Source of the DNA: an uncultured delta proteobacterium
GTDB lineage: Bacteria > Desulfobacterota > Binatia > UBA9968
Assembly (NCBI GenBank): GCA_963727625.1
Contig: CAVSHR010000005.1
Location: 192,001 to 256,000 of the forward strand
Direction: 5' to 3'
DNA: 64,000 nt
Every line of letters begins with the position of its first letter. Position 1 is the stretch's first letter. The translations under genes were made by a program, and so were the position numbers. Positions 1-9,653 of this stretch are shown here, piece by piece. The notes beneath the pieces were generated by a model, which saw only the letters and a program-made list of their open reading frames with translations, made no database searches and was not told where the DNA came from.

Positions 1-1886
1 TCGCGGGCACGGGTGGCGGGCGTACGGCCATGCCACCAACTGGCATCCATGGGGTAGACCTCCGGGTCAAAAATGACCCAATAAAAATGCCAGACTAAAA
101 TAGCCAGAGTGGCGAGCACCGCTTCGTAAAAGTGAATGGCGGTCGCGACATCGCTGATCCATTTTGGCAAAAAACTCAGGGCAAAATTCTCAAACCAAAG
201 GAGAAGGCCGGTCGCGGTCATTAAGAGCATGCCCCACATCAGAGCCCAGTATTCGAGCTTTTCGATATAGCTAAATTTTCCGAACCGCGGCCTAACGCGA
301 TCTAAACCCAGATTGTAACGTTGCAGGCGAAAAAAATCACCAAAGTCTTTTCGCCGGAACTTTAACCCGCGCAGCTTCGCCCGCACAGACGGACTGATCA
401 CCAATTGACCAAGATGCCAGAGCAGTGAGCCAATAAGCACCACCGCGGCAATTCGGTGAAGCATGCCGCGCAGCCCGAGCTGCGCTTCCCACGCGAGCAG
501 CGGAGCCGCCCACCATCCCTCGGGGTATTTCAGTGCAAACCCCGTATAAACCAGCATGAAGAAGCTCACCATGACCAAGCCATGCTGCCAGCGCAGGTCC
601 TTGCTCATCCTTTCCGGGACATTCACTGGGCCTTCAATAGGTAAGCGTTCGGTTCGTGCTTTACGCAAAAAATCGATTGAATTATGGAGAACCATAAAGC
701 CGATAGTGACGAAAATAACCCAGAGGTAGATCAGTCGGATCCAATACACGGCCGGCGAACTGACGGCTGAGGCCACAACATGAACCGGCCCTAATGAAAA
801 TCGTGTTCCAGCTCCTGGATGACACTGCCCGCAAGTCTTGGGAAGATTGGCTTTGTTCACATGAGAGCGTGGATCGGTGGAAGGAAGAATATCGTGCACA
901 CCGTGGCAGCTCGAGCAGTTAGCAGCCGTCACCTGGCCTGTGCGCAGCGCCAGGCCGTGAAAGCTCTCCTCAAAAGCCGGCACCTTATCCAGCGGCAGTC
1001 CGTATTTCTCACTCAAGCGGGCGCTGCCATGGCACCGCCCGCAGGTCTCACCGGAAACGTTCGCCGCAGAGACCGGTGAGTCCGGTTCATTTCGCTTGAG
1101 GATGCGATGTTCACCATGGCAATCGGTGCACACCGGCGCGTCGCGCACGCCGCGCGCCACTGCTTCACCGTGGATGCTTTTGCTATAAGTGGCGAAAATC
1201 TCGGAATGGCATTTCCCGCAGGTTTCGGGAACTCTGCTGCGCCAAATCTGCGACGCTGGATCGCCGGCGGGAAGTATGGCGTGCGCCCCGTGACAATCCG
1301 TGCAGACTGCGCCGGACTTGTCGGCCGCGACAGCGCGCGCGTGCACGCTCTGCAAATACGCCTCGACGGGCCGGACCAGCGGAATGTGGAATTTCTTTGT
1401 CAACTCCACGTTGGCGTGACAAACTGCGCAAGTCTTGGCGATGTTTTTGGGATGCACGGGGGAGCTCGGCTCGGAGCGGGAGACGAGCTTGTGGATATCG
1501 CCGTGACAGCTCGTGCATGTTGGCGGCTCTTTAAAACCCTGGTTGCGCGCCTTCGCGTGAATGCTTTCCCTATACGCCTTCACGCTCGCAGCATGGCAGC
1601 TATCGCATTGTACCGGCTTCAGTTCGGACTTGTGCGGCACCTGCGAAATATCGCGGTGGCAAGTCGTACACTCAAAGGCCCCATGAATGGATCGGTCGAA
1701 GGTCTCCTGATTGACTTGAAGCGAAATATTTTTGCCGTCGCGGCTCTTTTGCAAACCCGGCACGCTGTGGCAGCCGAGACAAACCTCCTTTGTCACCGGC
1801 TGCGCCCATAACAACGGGACGTATAGGAGGGAGATCAGGAAAACCAAAAAACAAAGACAGAGGCGATCTTTGGTTTCACCGACCAT
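1..1886 (-). CDS. CbcL-like fusion: N-terminal multiheme cytochrome c (11 CxxCH) + C-terminal FdnI/HydC-type b-type cytochrome membrane domain; 3' end runs off the window
   Basis: Not in the ORF track. Manual translation from ATG 1886 (MVGETKDRLCLCFLVFLISLLYVPLLWAQ) gives CLGCH, CTTCH, CDSCH, CTSCH, CAVCH, CTDCH, CGKCH, CTDCH, CGRCH, CSSCH, CGQCH, then TM helices with b-heme His motifs (WQHGLVM, LHRIAA, FSYIEKLEYWAL, IHFYEAVLATLAILVWHFY). Frame is open to position 1. Confidence 0.9.
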   Translation of the reverse strand, partial: MVGETKDRLCLCFLVFLISLLYVPLLWAQPVTKEVCLGCHSVPGLQKSRDGKNISLQVNQETFDRSIHGAFECTTCHRDISQVPHKSELKPVQCDSCHAASVKAYRESIHAKARNQGFKEPPTCTSCHGDIHKLVSRSEPSSPVHPKNIAKTCAVCHANVELTKKFHIPLVRPVEAYLQSVHARAVAADKSGAVCTDCHGAHAILPAGDPASQIWRSRVPETCGKCHSEIFATYSKSIHGEAVARGVRDAPVCTDCHGEHRILKRNEPDSPVSAANVSGETCGRCHGSARLSEKYGLPLDKVPAFEESFHGLALRTGQVTAANCSSCHGVHDILPSTDPRSHVNKANLPKTCGQCHPGAGTRFSLGPVHVVASAVSSPAVYWIRLIYLWVIFVTIGFMVLHNSIDFLRKARTERLPIEGPVNVPERMSKDLRWQHGLVMVSFFMLVYTGFALKYPEGWWAAPLLAWEAQLGLRGMLHRIAAVVLIGSLLWHLGQLVISPSVRAKLRGLKFRRKDFGDFFRLQRYNLGLDRVRPRFGKFSYIEKLEYWALMWGMLLMTATGLLLWFENFALSFLPKWISDVATAIHFYEAVLATLAILVWHFYWVIFDPEVYPMDASWWHGRTPATRAR

Positions 1887-1986
1887 TAGAAAAAGTACTC
1901 AATTAAACGTTGCCGCGGTCTTCCCGGTCGTACCGCCGGCTTGAGGCCTATGCCGCGGATCCACGACCCGGTTTACGTCGTTGGGA

Positions 1987-3087
1987 TCATTTCGTAGCGC
2001 TCATAGTGTAACCAAGATAGGTCAAAACGATCGAGTAAACAATCAGCAACAAGCCGAACGCCGTGGCTAAACGGCCTGCTGACTTGCCGATTAGCGCGCC
2101 GCGCTCAAGAAAAGGCATGCCGACGAGTATGAGACCGATCACTCCAAAGCCGACGACGCCGAGCAGGTCGCCCTCGATTCCGAGAATATGACCCGGCAGC
2201 AGCTTTAGAGTCTGAAACATCGCCATGAAATACCACTCGGGTTTGATGCCGATGGGCGCGGGCTGAAAGGGATCCGCCTTCTTGCCCAACTCGGCCGGAT
2301 AATAGGCGGCCAGAGCCGCGAGCAATCCAAGGACGCAGAGCCAACCGACTAGATCGCGTAAGAAAAAATTCGGGAAAAACGGCATAGTTTTTTTCTCGCC
2401 GCCATTTCGATCAACGCTCGCCGGCCGGCTCATGCCGTGCTTTTGCACCATAAAAAGATGTAGTCCGAGGACGACCGTAACGATCGCCGGCAAGATCGCC
2501 ACGTGGATGCCATAGAAGCGCGTCAGCGTCGCGCCGGTGACATCATTGCCGCCGCGCAGCAACCGGCGCAGAAATGGGCCTACCAGAGGCAAAACCCCGG
2601 GGATTTCGGTGCCGACGCGGGTGGCGAAATAGGCCAGCTCATTCCAGGGCAATAGATATCCGGTAAATCCAAACCCGAGACTGAGACCGAGGAGTCCACC
2701 GCCCGAAAGCCAGGTTAATTCGCGCGGACGCCTGTAGGCATGGAGCAGCAAAGCGCTGAACAGATGAATAAACATGGCCAAGATCATCAGGTTGGCCGAC
2801 CACGAGTGAATCGATCTGACCAGCCAACCGAATTGGACTTCGGTCATGATAAACTGAATGGATTCGAAAGCCTCGCCCGCGCTGGGTCGATAGTAGAGCA
2901 AAAGAAGAATACCCGTGGTGACCTGGATCATAAACAGAAACAACGTCATGCCGCCGAAGTAATACCAAAAAGTGTGACGATGCAGCGGCACCTGTTTTTT
3001 TTTGGCGAGTTTGGCAAAATCGCTAATCCCGATCCGTTCATCGAGCCAGAGCCAGAATTTTCCGTGCTTTACACCGGGAGCGTCCAT
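1987..3087 (-). CDS. qcrB: Cytochrome b subunit of a Rieske/cytochrome b (bc) complex, b6 + subunit IV fused
   Basis: [35 protein letters not shown] and the PEWY Qo motif. Confidence 0.95.
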   Translation of the reverse strand: MDAPGVKHGKFWLWLDERIGISDFAKLAKKKQVPLHRHTFWYYFGGMTLFLFMIQVTTGILLLLYYRPSAGEAFESIQFIMTEVQFGWLVRSIHSWSANLMILAMFIHLFSALLLHAYRRPRELTWLSGGGLLGLSLGFGFTGYLLPWNELAYFATRVGTEIPGVLPLVGPFLRRLLRGGNDVTGATLTRFYGIHVAILPAIVTVVLGLHLFMVQKHGMSRPASVDRNGGEKKTMPFFPNFFLRDLVGWLCVLGLLAALAAYYPAELGKKADPFQPAPIGIKPEWYFMAMFQTLKLLPGHILGIEGDLLGVVGFGVIGLILVGMPFLERGALIGKSAGRLATAFGLLLIVYSIVLTYLGYTMSATK

Positions 3088-3094
3088 TGCGCGC

Positions 3095-3556
3095 TTATAC
3101 CCTCCTGCTCACGATGATCTGATCGCCGCGCACGTTCACCGTGTACTCGTCCAGAGGTTTTGGCGGAGGTCCCTCGACATTCTTTCCGCTCAAGTCGAAA
3201 TGGCCATTATGGCAGGCGCACCAAATCTGGCTGAGGTCCGGACGATATTGCACGATACAGGCGAGGTGAGTACAGACCGCGGTAAACGCCTTGAGCTCAT
3301 CGTTGGGGGTCCTGATCAAGATTGCCGGTTGGCTGCCAAAGCGGAAGATCTGCCCGCTGTTGGCCTTTATTTCTTGTGGCTTGAGCGAGAGCGTCACCGA
3401 ATGCGCGGTCGATTCTGCAACTTGGGGCGGAATCAAATAACGGCTCAGAGGATAAGTCACCGCAACAAAAAATGCTCCGGCTGTGGTACCCAGGAACCAG
3501 TTGAGAAACCTTCTCCGCCCGTTATCAACCGTCGCCGATATTTCCGAGTGCTCCAT
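3095..3556 (-). CDS. qcrA: Rieske 2Fe-2S protein of the bc complex
   Basis: Tat motif RRRFL, boxes CTHLAC and CACHNG, GPPPKPL. Confidence 0.95.
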   Translation of the reverse strand: MEHSEISATVDNGRRRFLNWFLGTTAGAFFVAVTYPLSRYLIPPQVAESTAHSVTLSLKPQEIKANSGQIFRFGSQPAILIRTPNDELKAFTAVCTHLACIVQYRPDLSQIWCACHNGHFDLSGKNVEGPPPKPLDEYTVNVRGDQIIVSRRV

Positions 3557-4842
3557 TATTGGTGATTCCCATTTGACCTGTTTGGTTTACTTTCCATTTG
3601 ACGGATCTTGAAGATCAAGCCGACAACTAGCCCCAAGATGATGATCGCCGAGACCGCCAAACCTTTGCGCCGGTAGCCCAATTCATCGAGCGCCTTCAGA
3701 CCTTTCCGGTAGACGGAATCGCTGATTTTGAGCCCGGGCTGGACTTCTTTATTGAAAATCGCCAGGTCGAACCCGTGAATCGCGGCGCGCGATTTGATCA
3801 GCGCGGTCTTGGCATCGTTGAGTTCGAATAGCGGCTGGCTCACTTCCATGCCTGCATGTTCTGCCTGGTTAAGTACCGCGAGCGACCTTTGGTAACTGAG
3901 ATTCAATCGCTCAATGGACGCGAACATGCGCGCCGCCAGCAACCCGCCCGTGGAAGTCGGCGAATGACAAGCCCCACAGATCGACTTGTCGCCGGTGCCC
4001 AACATTGCATCGCTGGTCTTAAGAATGGCGTGGTTGCTGTGACAGGTCGCGCAGCCGGGAGTACCCATTTGCACGAAAATTTTACTGTGCGGGCTTTTAT
4101 TGAACAATTCAAAATTAATTACGTGACACTGGCCGCAAACGTTCACCACCGAAGATATGCCCGGGGGTGCCGCACCGTGATTGCCATGACAGTCATTGCA
4201 GGTTGGCGCCGAAAGGTCCCCTTTGCTCGTCATGATGTTCCAGTGAACGCTTTTTTTATACTGCTCGACCTGGTCGGTGGGGATCTTGTAGGGCGCCATG
4301 TACTCTTTGTTGGCATGACATGATCCGCAAGTGTCAGCAACCCGCAGCGGATAGACGGATGAACGAGAATCATTGGGCGGCCTGATCGAATGCGGGATGT
4401 GGCAACTGGCACAGGTCGCCACTTTCTGATCTTTATGTTCTCTGAGCCTCCTGCCGTGAACCGACGTGTAGTATTCGGCGACCTGATCCACACGAAGGGA
4501 CGGATTGTATTTTTTCATGAAATTTGGGTCGGAATGGCATCGTCCACACACTTCGATGACCTGTGTCCGCGTCGGTTTTCCGATATAGCCCTTTTTCCGG
4601 TCCATCGCTTCCATACCGCCAACCGTGCCATCGCCGCCGTGACAGGCGACACAGCCGAAGCCTTTCGCCGCATGGATGTCTGTTTTATAAAGCTCGGCGG
4701 GCTTGGTCAGACGGTCCACGCCCATCGCCAAGTGGCAAACCGCGCAGCTCTCGGACTGCGGCTGGGCATCGACCCATTCCGGCCATGCCCAAACTAAGAG
4801 AAGCACAAAAGCGGGGACACCCAGACGAGAGAAAATTTTCAT
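3556..4842 (-). CDS. Nonaheme cytochrome c with signal peptide and C-terminal membrane anchor
   Basis: 9 CxxCH (CAVCH, CVACH, CGRCH, CASCH, CGSCH, CNDCH, CGQCH, CATCH, CGACH); C-terminal TM GLAVSAIIILGLVVGLIF; stop abuts the Rieske start. Confidence 0.92.
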   Translation of the reverse strand: MKIFSRLGVPAFVLLLVWAWPEWVDAQPQSESCAVCHLAMGVDRLTKPAELYKTDIHAAKGFGCVACHGGDGTVGGMEAMDRKKGYIGKPTRTQVIEVCGRCHSDPNFMKKYNPSLRVDQVAEYYTSVHGRRLREHKDQKVATCASCHIPHSIRPPNDSRSSVYPLRVADTCGSCHANKEYMAPYKIPTDQVEQYKKSVHWNIMTSKGDLSAPTCNDCHGNHGAAPPGISSVVNVCGQCHVINFELFNKSPHSKIFVQMGTPGCATCHSNHAILKTSDAMLGTGDKSICGACHSPTSTGGLLAARMFASIERLNLSYQRSLAVLNQAEHAGMEVSQPLFELNDAKTALIKSRAAIHGFDLAIFNKEVQPGLKISDSVYRKGLKALDELGYRRKGLAVSAIIILGLVVGLIFKIRQMESKPNRSNGNHQ

Positions 4843-6038
4843 CGATGGCGCCGGCTAAGCGTTTGGAGAAAACTTACGACCTGCGCCATTTCATCGCCTT
4901 TAAGGATGGGCCAGGACAGAGTTTCGTCACGCATTTTTTGCTCCATGGCGGCGCCATGGTTCCACATCGCCGCAACCACGTTCGCCGGCTCGTTTAAACC
5001 TCGGCTCTTTGCAAAATCCGGTGCTACTCGTCCGCCTTTTCCGCTGATGGAATGACACTCGAGACAACCTTTGGCTTTGACGAGTTGTTCACCGCGGTGC
5101 GGGTCTCCCGGTGCGGCGAAGTAGTCCACCGAGTACAAATAACCAACGATAGCCGCCAATTCGTCCGCTTGCAGCGGCGGAACGGTCACGGCGCGCCGCC
5201 GCATCTCACGCATCATAACCGGGCCCTTGTTCCACATCGCCGCGGCAAATTCGAAGAGACTGGGATAAATCTTCTTCCCGGCAAGCGCGGGTGCCACCGG
5301 CCCACCGCCTCCGTTGACCCCGTGGCAATTGACACAACCCCGAGACGCGAACAGTCGCTCTCCGTCCTCGACGCGCCCTGGCAGCACCTGTGTCGGCTCA
5401 TCGCCCCTCCGCCGAGACACCGATTTGACGTAAGCGATCAAATTTCTGAGTTCACTGCCGCTAAAATGCGGTCGCTTGACGCCGCGTGCTTGCATGGCCT
5501 CGGCCATCGCCGGACCATGATTCCACATGGTGGCAGCGAAAAAAATCGGCCCAAACTGGACGACCGAATCAAGGCTAGGTCCGAACACGCCGCCCACCCT
5601 CTCGATTTGATGACAAACTACGCATTGCTTGTCGAAGAATATTTTCTTTCCGGCCTTTGCATCGCCAACCGGTTCAAAATAATTAACCGTGTCGAGAAAT
5701 GCAATCAAATCGCCGGTCTCGCGCGGACTCAATTGCGGCGGCGGTTTTTTTAGTTTGCGCATTTGCGCCGCCATTTGTGGGATATGGTTCCACATCGCGC
5801 TCGCCAGATCATAAAAAGTGCGCCCTTTGGCGACGCGCCCGAGGTCGGCGGCGACCTTGCCCCCGACGCCGTTCACCGCATGACACCCGGAACAGCCCTT
5901 GGCGCCGAAGACCCGAGAGCCGGCAAGCGGATCCTGGGTAGAGCCTGCGAAGGGTTGCCCCTGAGCCGGTGCCGAAAAAAAACATACACTGATGAGTCCC
6001 AGGGCCAGGATCGCCATTCTTTTTTCAATTGGCTTCAT
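4839..6038 (-). CDS. Tetraheme cytochrome c made of four tandem class-I-like repeats
   Basis: CSGCH, CVVCH, CVNCH, CLECH, each followed by MWN(H/K)xxxM; likely start MKPIEKR at 6038 (ORF track 6122). Confidence 0.88.
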   Translation of the reverse strand: MKPIEKRMAILALGLISVCFFSAPAQGQPFAGSTQDPLAGSRVFGAKGCSGCHAVNGVGGKVAADLGRVAKGRTFYDLASAMWNHIPQMAAQMRKLKKPPPQLSPRETGDLIAFLDTVNYFEPVGDAKAGKKIFFDKQCVVCHQIERVGGVFGPSLDSVVQFGPIFFAATMWNHGPAMAEAMQARGVKRPHFSGSELRNLIAYVKSVSRRRGDEPTQVLPGRVEDGERLFASRGCVNCHGVNGGGGPVAPALAGKKIYPSLFEFAAAMWNKGPVMMREMRRRAVTVPPLQADELAAIVGYLYSVDYFAAPGDPHRGEQLVKAKGCLECHSISGKGGRVAPDFAKSRGLNEPANVVAAMWNHGAAMEQKMRDETLSWPILKGDEMAQVVSFLQTLSRRHR

Positions 6039-6178
6039 GGCTCTTTCCCCTTTCCTCGGCGAGCGCCGCGCCGCCCGGCGCGGCAAATTTCGGCGCCGCG
6101 ATCTCTCGCTCGATTCCAGCAAGATACTTTTTCACGCCAAAGGACTTCCTTTGTTCGCGTGGTAGGGGTCCAGCGCGC

Positions 6179-7375
6179 TTATTTCCCCGCGCGCAACGAA
6201 ATAATATACGCCATCAGGTCGGCCATCTCTCCGCCTCTGAAGACCGGCCATTCGACGAACTGCTTGAGCATTTCTTCTTCCATCGTGCTCGCGTGATTCC
6301 ACATCTCGGTGACCACTTCCAGTTGGGTCTTTTGTTTATCACTCTTTGTGAAATCCGGGCCCCGTGGCGTGCCCTTGTCCGGCGATCCATGGCAATTACC
6401 GCAACGCTTCTCTTGAAACACGATGCGCCCGCGGGCGGCAACGCCGGGCGGATCGATAAACTGCAGGAAGTAAAGATAACCGATGATGTCCGACATTTCC
6501 TCGGTCGTGAGCGACGGCGCCGCGATGCCGCGCCGCTCCATGTCGGCCCACATCTTCGGCCCATGGTTCCACATGGCGCCGGCGATCGTCATGAGGCTAC
6601 CTTTAATGAGCCTGGTGCGAAGATTCGCGCGTTTTTGCTCCCCTTGTGAACTGACCGAATGACACTCAACGCACCGTTTTTCCGCAAACAACTTTTCCCC
6701 GCGCCGCGGGCTTCCCGGTGGTGTGTAGATGCGCTCCAGACCGCCGCTAGTGCTGCGAATGTAGGCCAGCAAATCGGCGATGTCGTTCTTCTCAAAAACC
6801 GGCCGGGAAACCCGCAGCGCTTCCATGGTCCGGGCCATGGCCTTGCCGTGATTCCAAAGGCCCGCCGTCAAAAAAATCGGCGACGCAAAACGGCCGTACT
6901 TATCGAGGCTCGGGCCGTACTGACCTCCCCTGCCTCCCAAGGAATGACATTGCTGGCAACCCTTATCACGAAAAATTCGAGCGCCGTTGGCTACGTCGCC
7001 CGGAGGGTCCAATGACCCGATGTAATATAAAAACGAGAGCAGACTCGCCATTTCCGGCGCTTTGAACACGGGGCGTGCAGCGTGCCGCGCTTCAATCACA
7101 CGGGCCATTCCTGGCGAGTGATTCCACATCACACCGGCAATATCGAGCAACGAACGTTTCAAGATGCCTTGACCAAGTTCGGGACCGCCGACACCGCCGA
7201 CACCGTTGATCGCGTGGCAACGTAAACAACCCTTATCGGTAAACAGTTGACTCCCCTCAAGCGGATTCCCCGGCAAAATCGCTGATCCCGTGTCGGCCGC
7301 CTCGACCAGCGCACGCGGTTCGCGCACCGATACGAACAACACTGTCAAGGCGATGAAGAAAAGACTAATCTTCAC
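6179..7375 (-). CDS. Tetraheme cytochrome c, paralog of the downstream gene
   Basis: Signal peptide; CLRCH, CQQCH, CVECH, CGNCH, each followed by (M/L)WNHxxxM. Confidence 0.9.
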   Translation of the reverse strand: MKISLFFIALTVLFVSVREPRALVEAADTGSAILPGNPLEGSQLFTDKGCLRCHAINGVGGVGGPELGQGILKRSLLDIAGVMWNHSPGMARVIEARHAARPVFKAPEMASLLSFLYYIGSLDPPGDVANGARIFRDKGCQQCHSLGGRGGQYGPSLDKYGRFASPIFLTAGLWNHGKAMARTMEALRVSRPVFEKNDIADLLAYIRSTSGGLERIYTPPGSPRRGEKLFAEKRCVECHSVSSQGEQKRANLRTRLIKGSLMTIAGAMWNHGPKMWADMERRGIAAPSLTTEEMSDIIGYLYFLQFIDPPGVAARGRIVFQEKRCGNCHGSPDKGTPRGPDFTKSDKQKTQLEVVTEMWNHASTMEEEMLKQFVEWPVFRGGEMADLMAYIISLRAGK

Positions 7376-7622
7376 GCTTCCTCCCGTGCAATGCCACTCC
7401 CCAAAAAACGTAAAATACCACGCCGATAAACACGAGAAAAATCGGTATCGCTACGATCGATATTCCCACAGACGCTTGAATGAAATCGTCCAGGCGCCAA
7501 GAAGCGACGATCAGATGAATGATCCAGACAATGATTCCGCCGACGAGCAGGAAAGCGCCCCCCAACCAGATCCATTGCAACGTTCTAATCAGCCGTTCTG
7601 ACACTGCAGGCGGACGTTCCAT
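7365..7622 (-). CDS. Small two-TM membrane protein, probable accessory subunit
   Basis: AAGGAG RBS before ATG 7622 (MERPPAVSE); two hydrophobic helices; fills the gap between nrfD and the tetraheme gene. Confidence 0.7.
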   Translation of the reverse strand: MERPPAVSERLIRTLQWIWLGGAFLLVGGIIVWIIHLIVASWRLDDFIQASVGISIVAIPIFLVFIGVVFYVFWGVALHGRKRED

Positions 7623-7642
7623 GGTGCTCCTTGGCAAGCCTT

Positions 7643-8986
7643 TCAGGTTCTTTCCTCGACCTCGCCGGGAAGGTAGCTTAGAATTCTTTCCTCGACCTCG
7701 CTCACGCTCTTTTCGCGCCCTTCGCGAATTTCCCAGATCGATATGATCGGAAAAAACTTGGTGAATAAAAGATAAAAAAGCGCGAATAGACCGAAACTGC
7801 CGGCAGTTTCGCCCCACTCCACCCATGTGGGCCAATAGACTCCCTCCGGAAAAGGCAGCCTAGGAAAAGATAGTGTGGGAATCACGATGATAAAGCGCTC
7901 AAGCCACATCCCAACGATGATCGCCAGCGAAGCGATCAGAACTTTGCCCACGGTGTGCTGCTTCAAGCTTACCAGGCAGATAAGCGGAACCACCAAATTG
8001 CACAACACCATCGTCCAGAAAAACGGCCAGAAAGGTCCGCTGAACTTGGCCCAAAAAACTTTCAGCTCCTCCGGTTCCGCGCCGTAATAGCCGGTGAGAT
8101 ATTCAGCGAAGGTGAAATAAAACCACAGCAGCGCCATGATCAGCAAAAGCTGTCCCAGGTAGCGGAAGTGGATAGGTTTGAGATAATATTGCAATCCGTA
8201 AGCCTTGCGAAATATAATCATCGTCACGATCAGGCCGGCAATGCCGGAGAAAATCGCGCCGACAACGAAGTAGGGCCCGAAAATGGTCGAGTGCCACGCC
8301 GGCTGCAGCGTCATCGAGAAAACGAACGACACCACCGAGTGAACCGAGATGGCGATGGGAATGACTAAGACCGCCATAACGGCGATGGCGCGGTTGAGAA
8401 CTCGATGCTGCTGCTCAGTCCCAGTCCAGCCCAGTGCCAAGACGCTGTAGAGCAACTTCCGCTTGCCGAGGCGATCGCGCAGAATGGCGATGTCGGGAAT
8501 CATCGGCAGGTAAAGATACGTCAGACTCGCGGTGAGATACGCGCTGATGCTGGTGGCGTCCCACAAGAGCGGCGACTGATAACGGCCGTGGCGCAAGACA
8601 TTCATGATGCGATCGGGCCGGCCCAAGTCGACCAGGATTTGGGCGGCGCCGATGAAGATCACCATGCAAGTGATCACTTCCGCCATGCGCGTGATCGGGC
8701 GACGCCATTCCGCTTTCGACAAGCGCAGAATCGCGGATATAAGCGTGCCGGCGTGACTGATGCCGATGAAAAAGACGAAATTGGTTACATAAAAACCCCA
8801 GCTGACCGGCTGGGCCATGCCGGTGACACCCAACCCCTGCGTAAATTGTACCGCGTAGGCGATCGCGCCCCACAAAATCAAAGCGCTCAAGCAAGCCACG
8901 GCCCAGTAGAACCCGCGCCCGGTGTACTCGATCGGCGCGAACAAGATATCTTCGTGCGCATCGCGGATCTCAGCCACCGCCTTCAC
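7643..8986 (-). CDS. nrfD: NrfD/PsrC-family membrane quinol-interacting subunit (ActC/QrcD-like)
   Basis: WGFYVTNFVFFIGISHAGTLISAIL, WRRPITRMAE, DLGRPDR, SPLLWD, WLERF motifs; about 10 TM helices. Confidence 0.93.
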   Translation of the reverse strand: MKAVAEIRDAHEDILFAPIEYTGRGFYWAVACLSALILWGAIAYAVQFTQGLGVTGMAQPVSWGFYVTNFVFFIGISHAGTLISAILRLSKAEWRRPITRMAEVITCMVIFIGAAQILVDLGRPDRIMNVLRHGRYQSPLLWDATSISAYLTASLTYLYLPMIPDIAILRDRLGKRKLLYSVLALGWTGTEQQHRVLNRAIAVMAVLVIPIAISVHSVVSFVFSMTLQPAWHSTIFGPYFVVGAIFSGIAGLIVTMIIFRKAYGLQYYLKPIHFRYLGQLLLIMALLWFYFTFAEYLTGYYGAEPEELKVFWAKFSGPFWPFFWTMVLCNLVVPLICLVSLKQHTVGKVLIASLAIIVGMWLERFIIVIPTLSFPRLPFPEGVYWPTWVEWGETAGSFGLFALFYLLFTKFFPIISIWEIREGREKSVSEVEERILSYLPGEVEERT

Positions 8987-9653
8987 CCTCCGTCAGATAA
9001 ATCACCTTGGGCTTGGTGCCCAACTCTTCTTGAAGTTTAAACGCCCGCGGGCTGCGCGCCAGTTGCGCGACCTCGCTCGCGGGATCGGCCAGGTCGCCGA
9101 AGACAATTGCCTTGGCAGGACACGCTTCCGCGCAGGCAGGGACGTACTCGGTTGGATCGAATTCCCGTTTTTCGGCCAGCGCCCGCTCGCGCGCCTTTTG
9201 CAAGCGGTGGTGGCAGAACGTGCACTTCTCGACGACGCCTTTCGGGCGCACGGAAACATCCGGATTTTGTCCGGGCGCTTCCTTTTGGTAGCTATACCAA
9301 TTGAAATACTTGGCGTTGTATGGACAGGCGGCCATGCAAAATCGGCAGCCGATACAACGGGCGTAAATCTGCGCGACGATGCCCTCGGGATTTCGGTAGG
9401 TGGCATAAACCGGACAGACCTTCGTGCAAGGAGGATCGTCGCACTGGAGACAGGGCCGTGGAATGAATCGCATCTTTTCGCCCTGGTGCTCATCATCGGT
9501 TTCCGTCAGCACTTGCATCCAGCTGATCACCCGGCCGCGCTTTGACTCGTCGGCACCGACCGCGGGAACGTTGTTCTCGGCCTTGCAGGCGATCACGCAG
9601 GCCTGGCATCCGGTGCAACGATCAAGATCAATCACCATACCCCACAGTGCCAC
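8970..9653 (-). CDS. 4Fe-4S multicluster electron-transfer subunit (QrcC/NrfC/ActB2-like)
   Basis: CTGCQACVIAC, CLQCDDPPCTKVCP, CIGCRFCMAACP, KCTFC..PACAEACP. Confidence 0.95.
   Translation of the reverse strand: MALWGMVIDLDRCTGCQACVIACKAENNVPAVGADESKRGRVISWMQVLTETDDEHQGEKMRFIPRPCLQCDDPPCTKVCPVYATYRNPEGIVAQIYARCIGCRFCMAACPYNAKYFNWYSYQKEAPGQNPDVSVRPKGVVEKCTFCHHRLQKARERALAEKREFDPTEYVPACAEACPAKAIVFGDLADPASEVAQLARSPRAFKLQEELGTKPKVIYLTEGEGGG

Noticed and set aside
456-1944. Plus-strand ORFs (456, 819, 1107, 1732) in the ORF track
   Set aside because: They are antisense shadows of the real minus-strand multiheme/cytochrome b gene starting at 1886
1973-1990. ATG overlapping the cytochrome b stop as the start of the next gene
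   Set aside because: That frame closes after five codons (MIPTT*)
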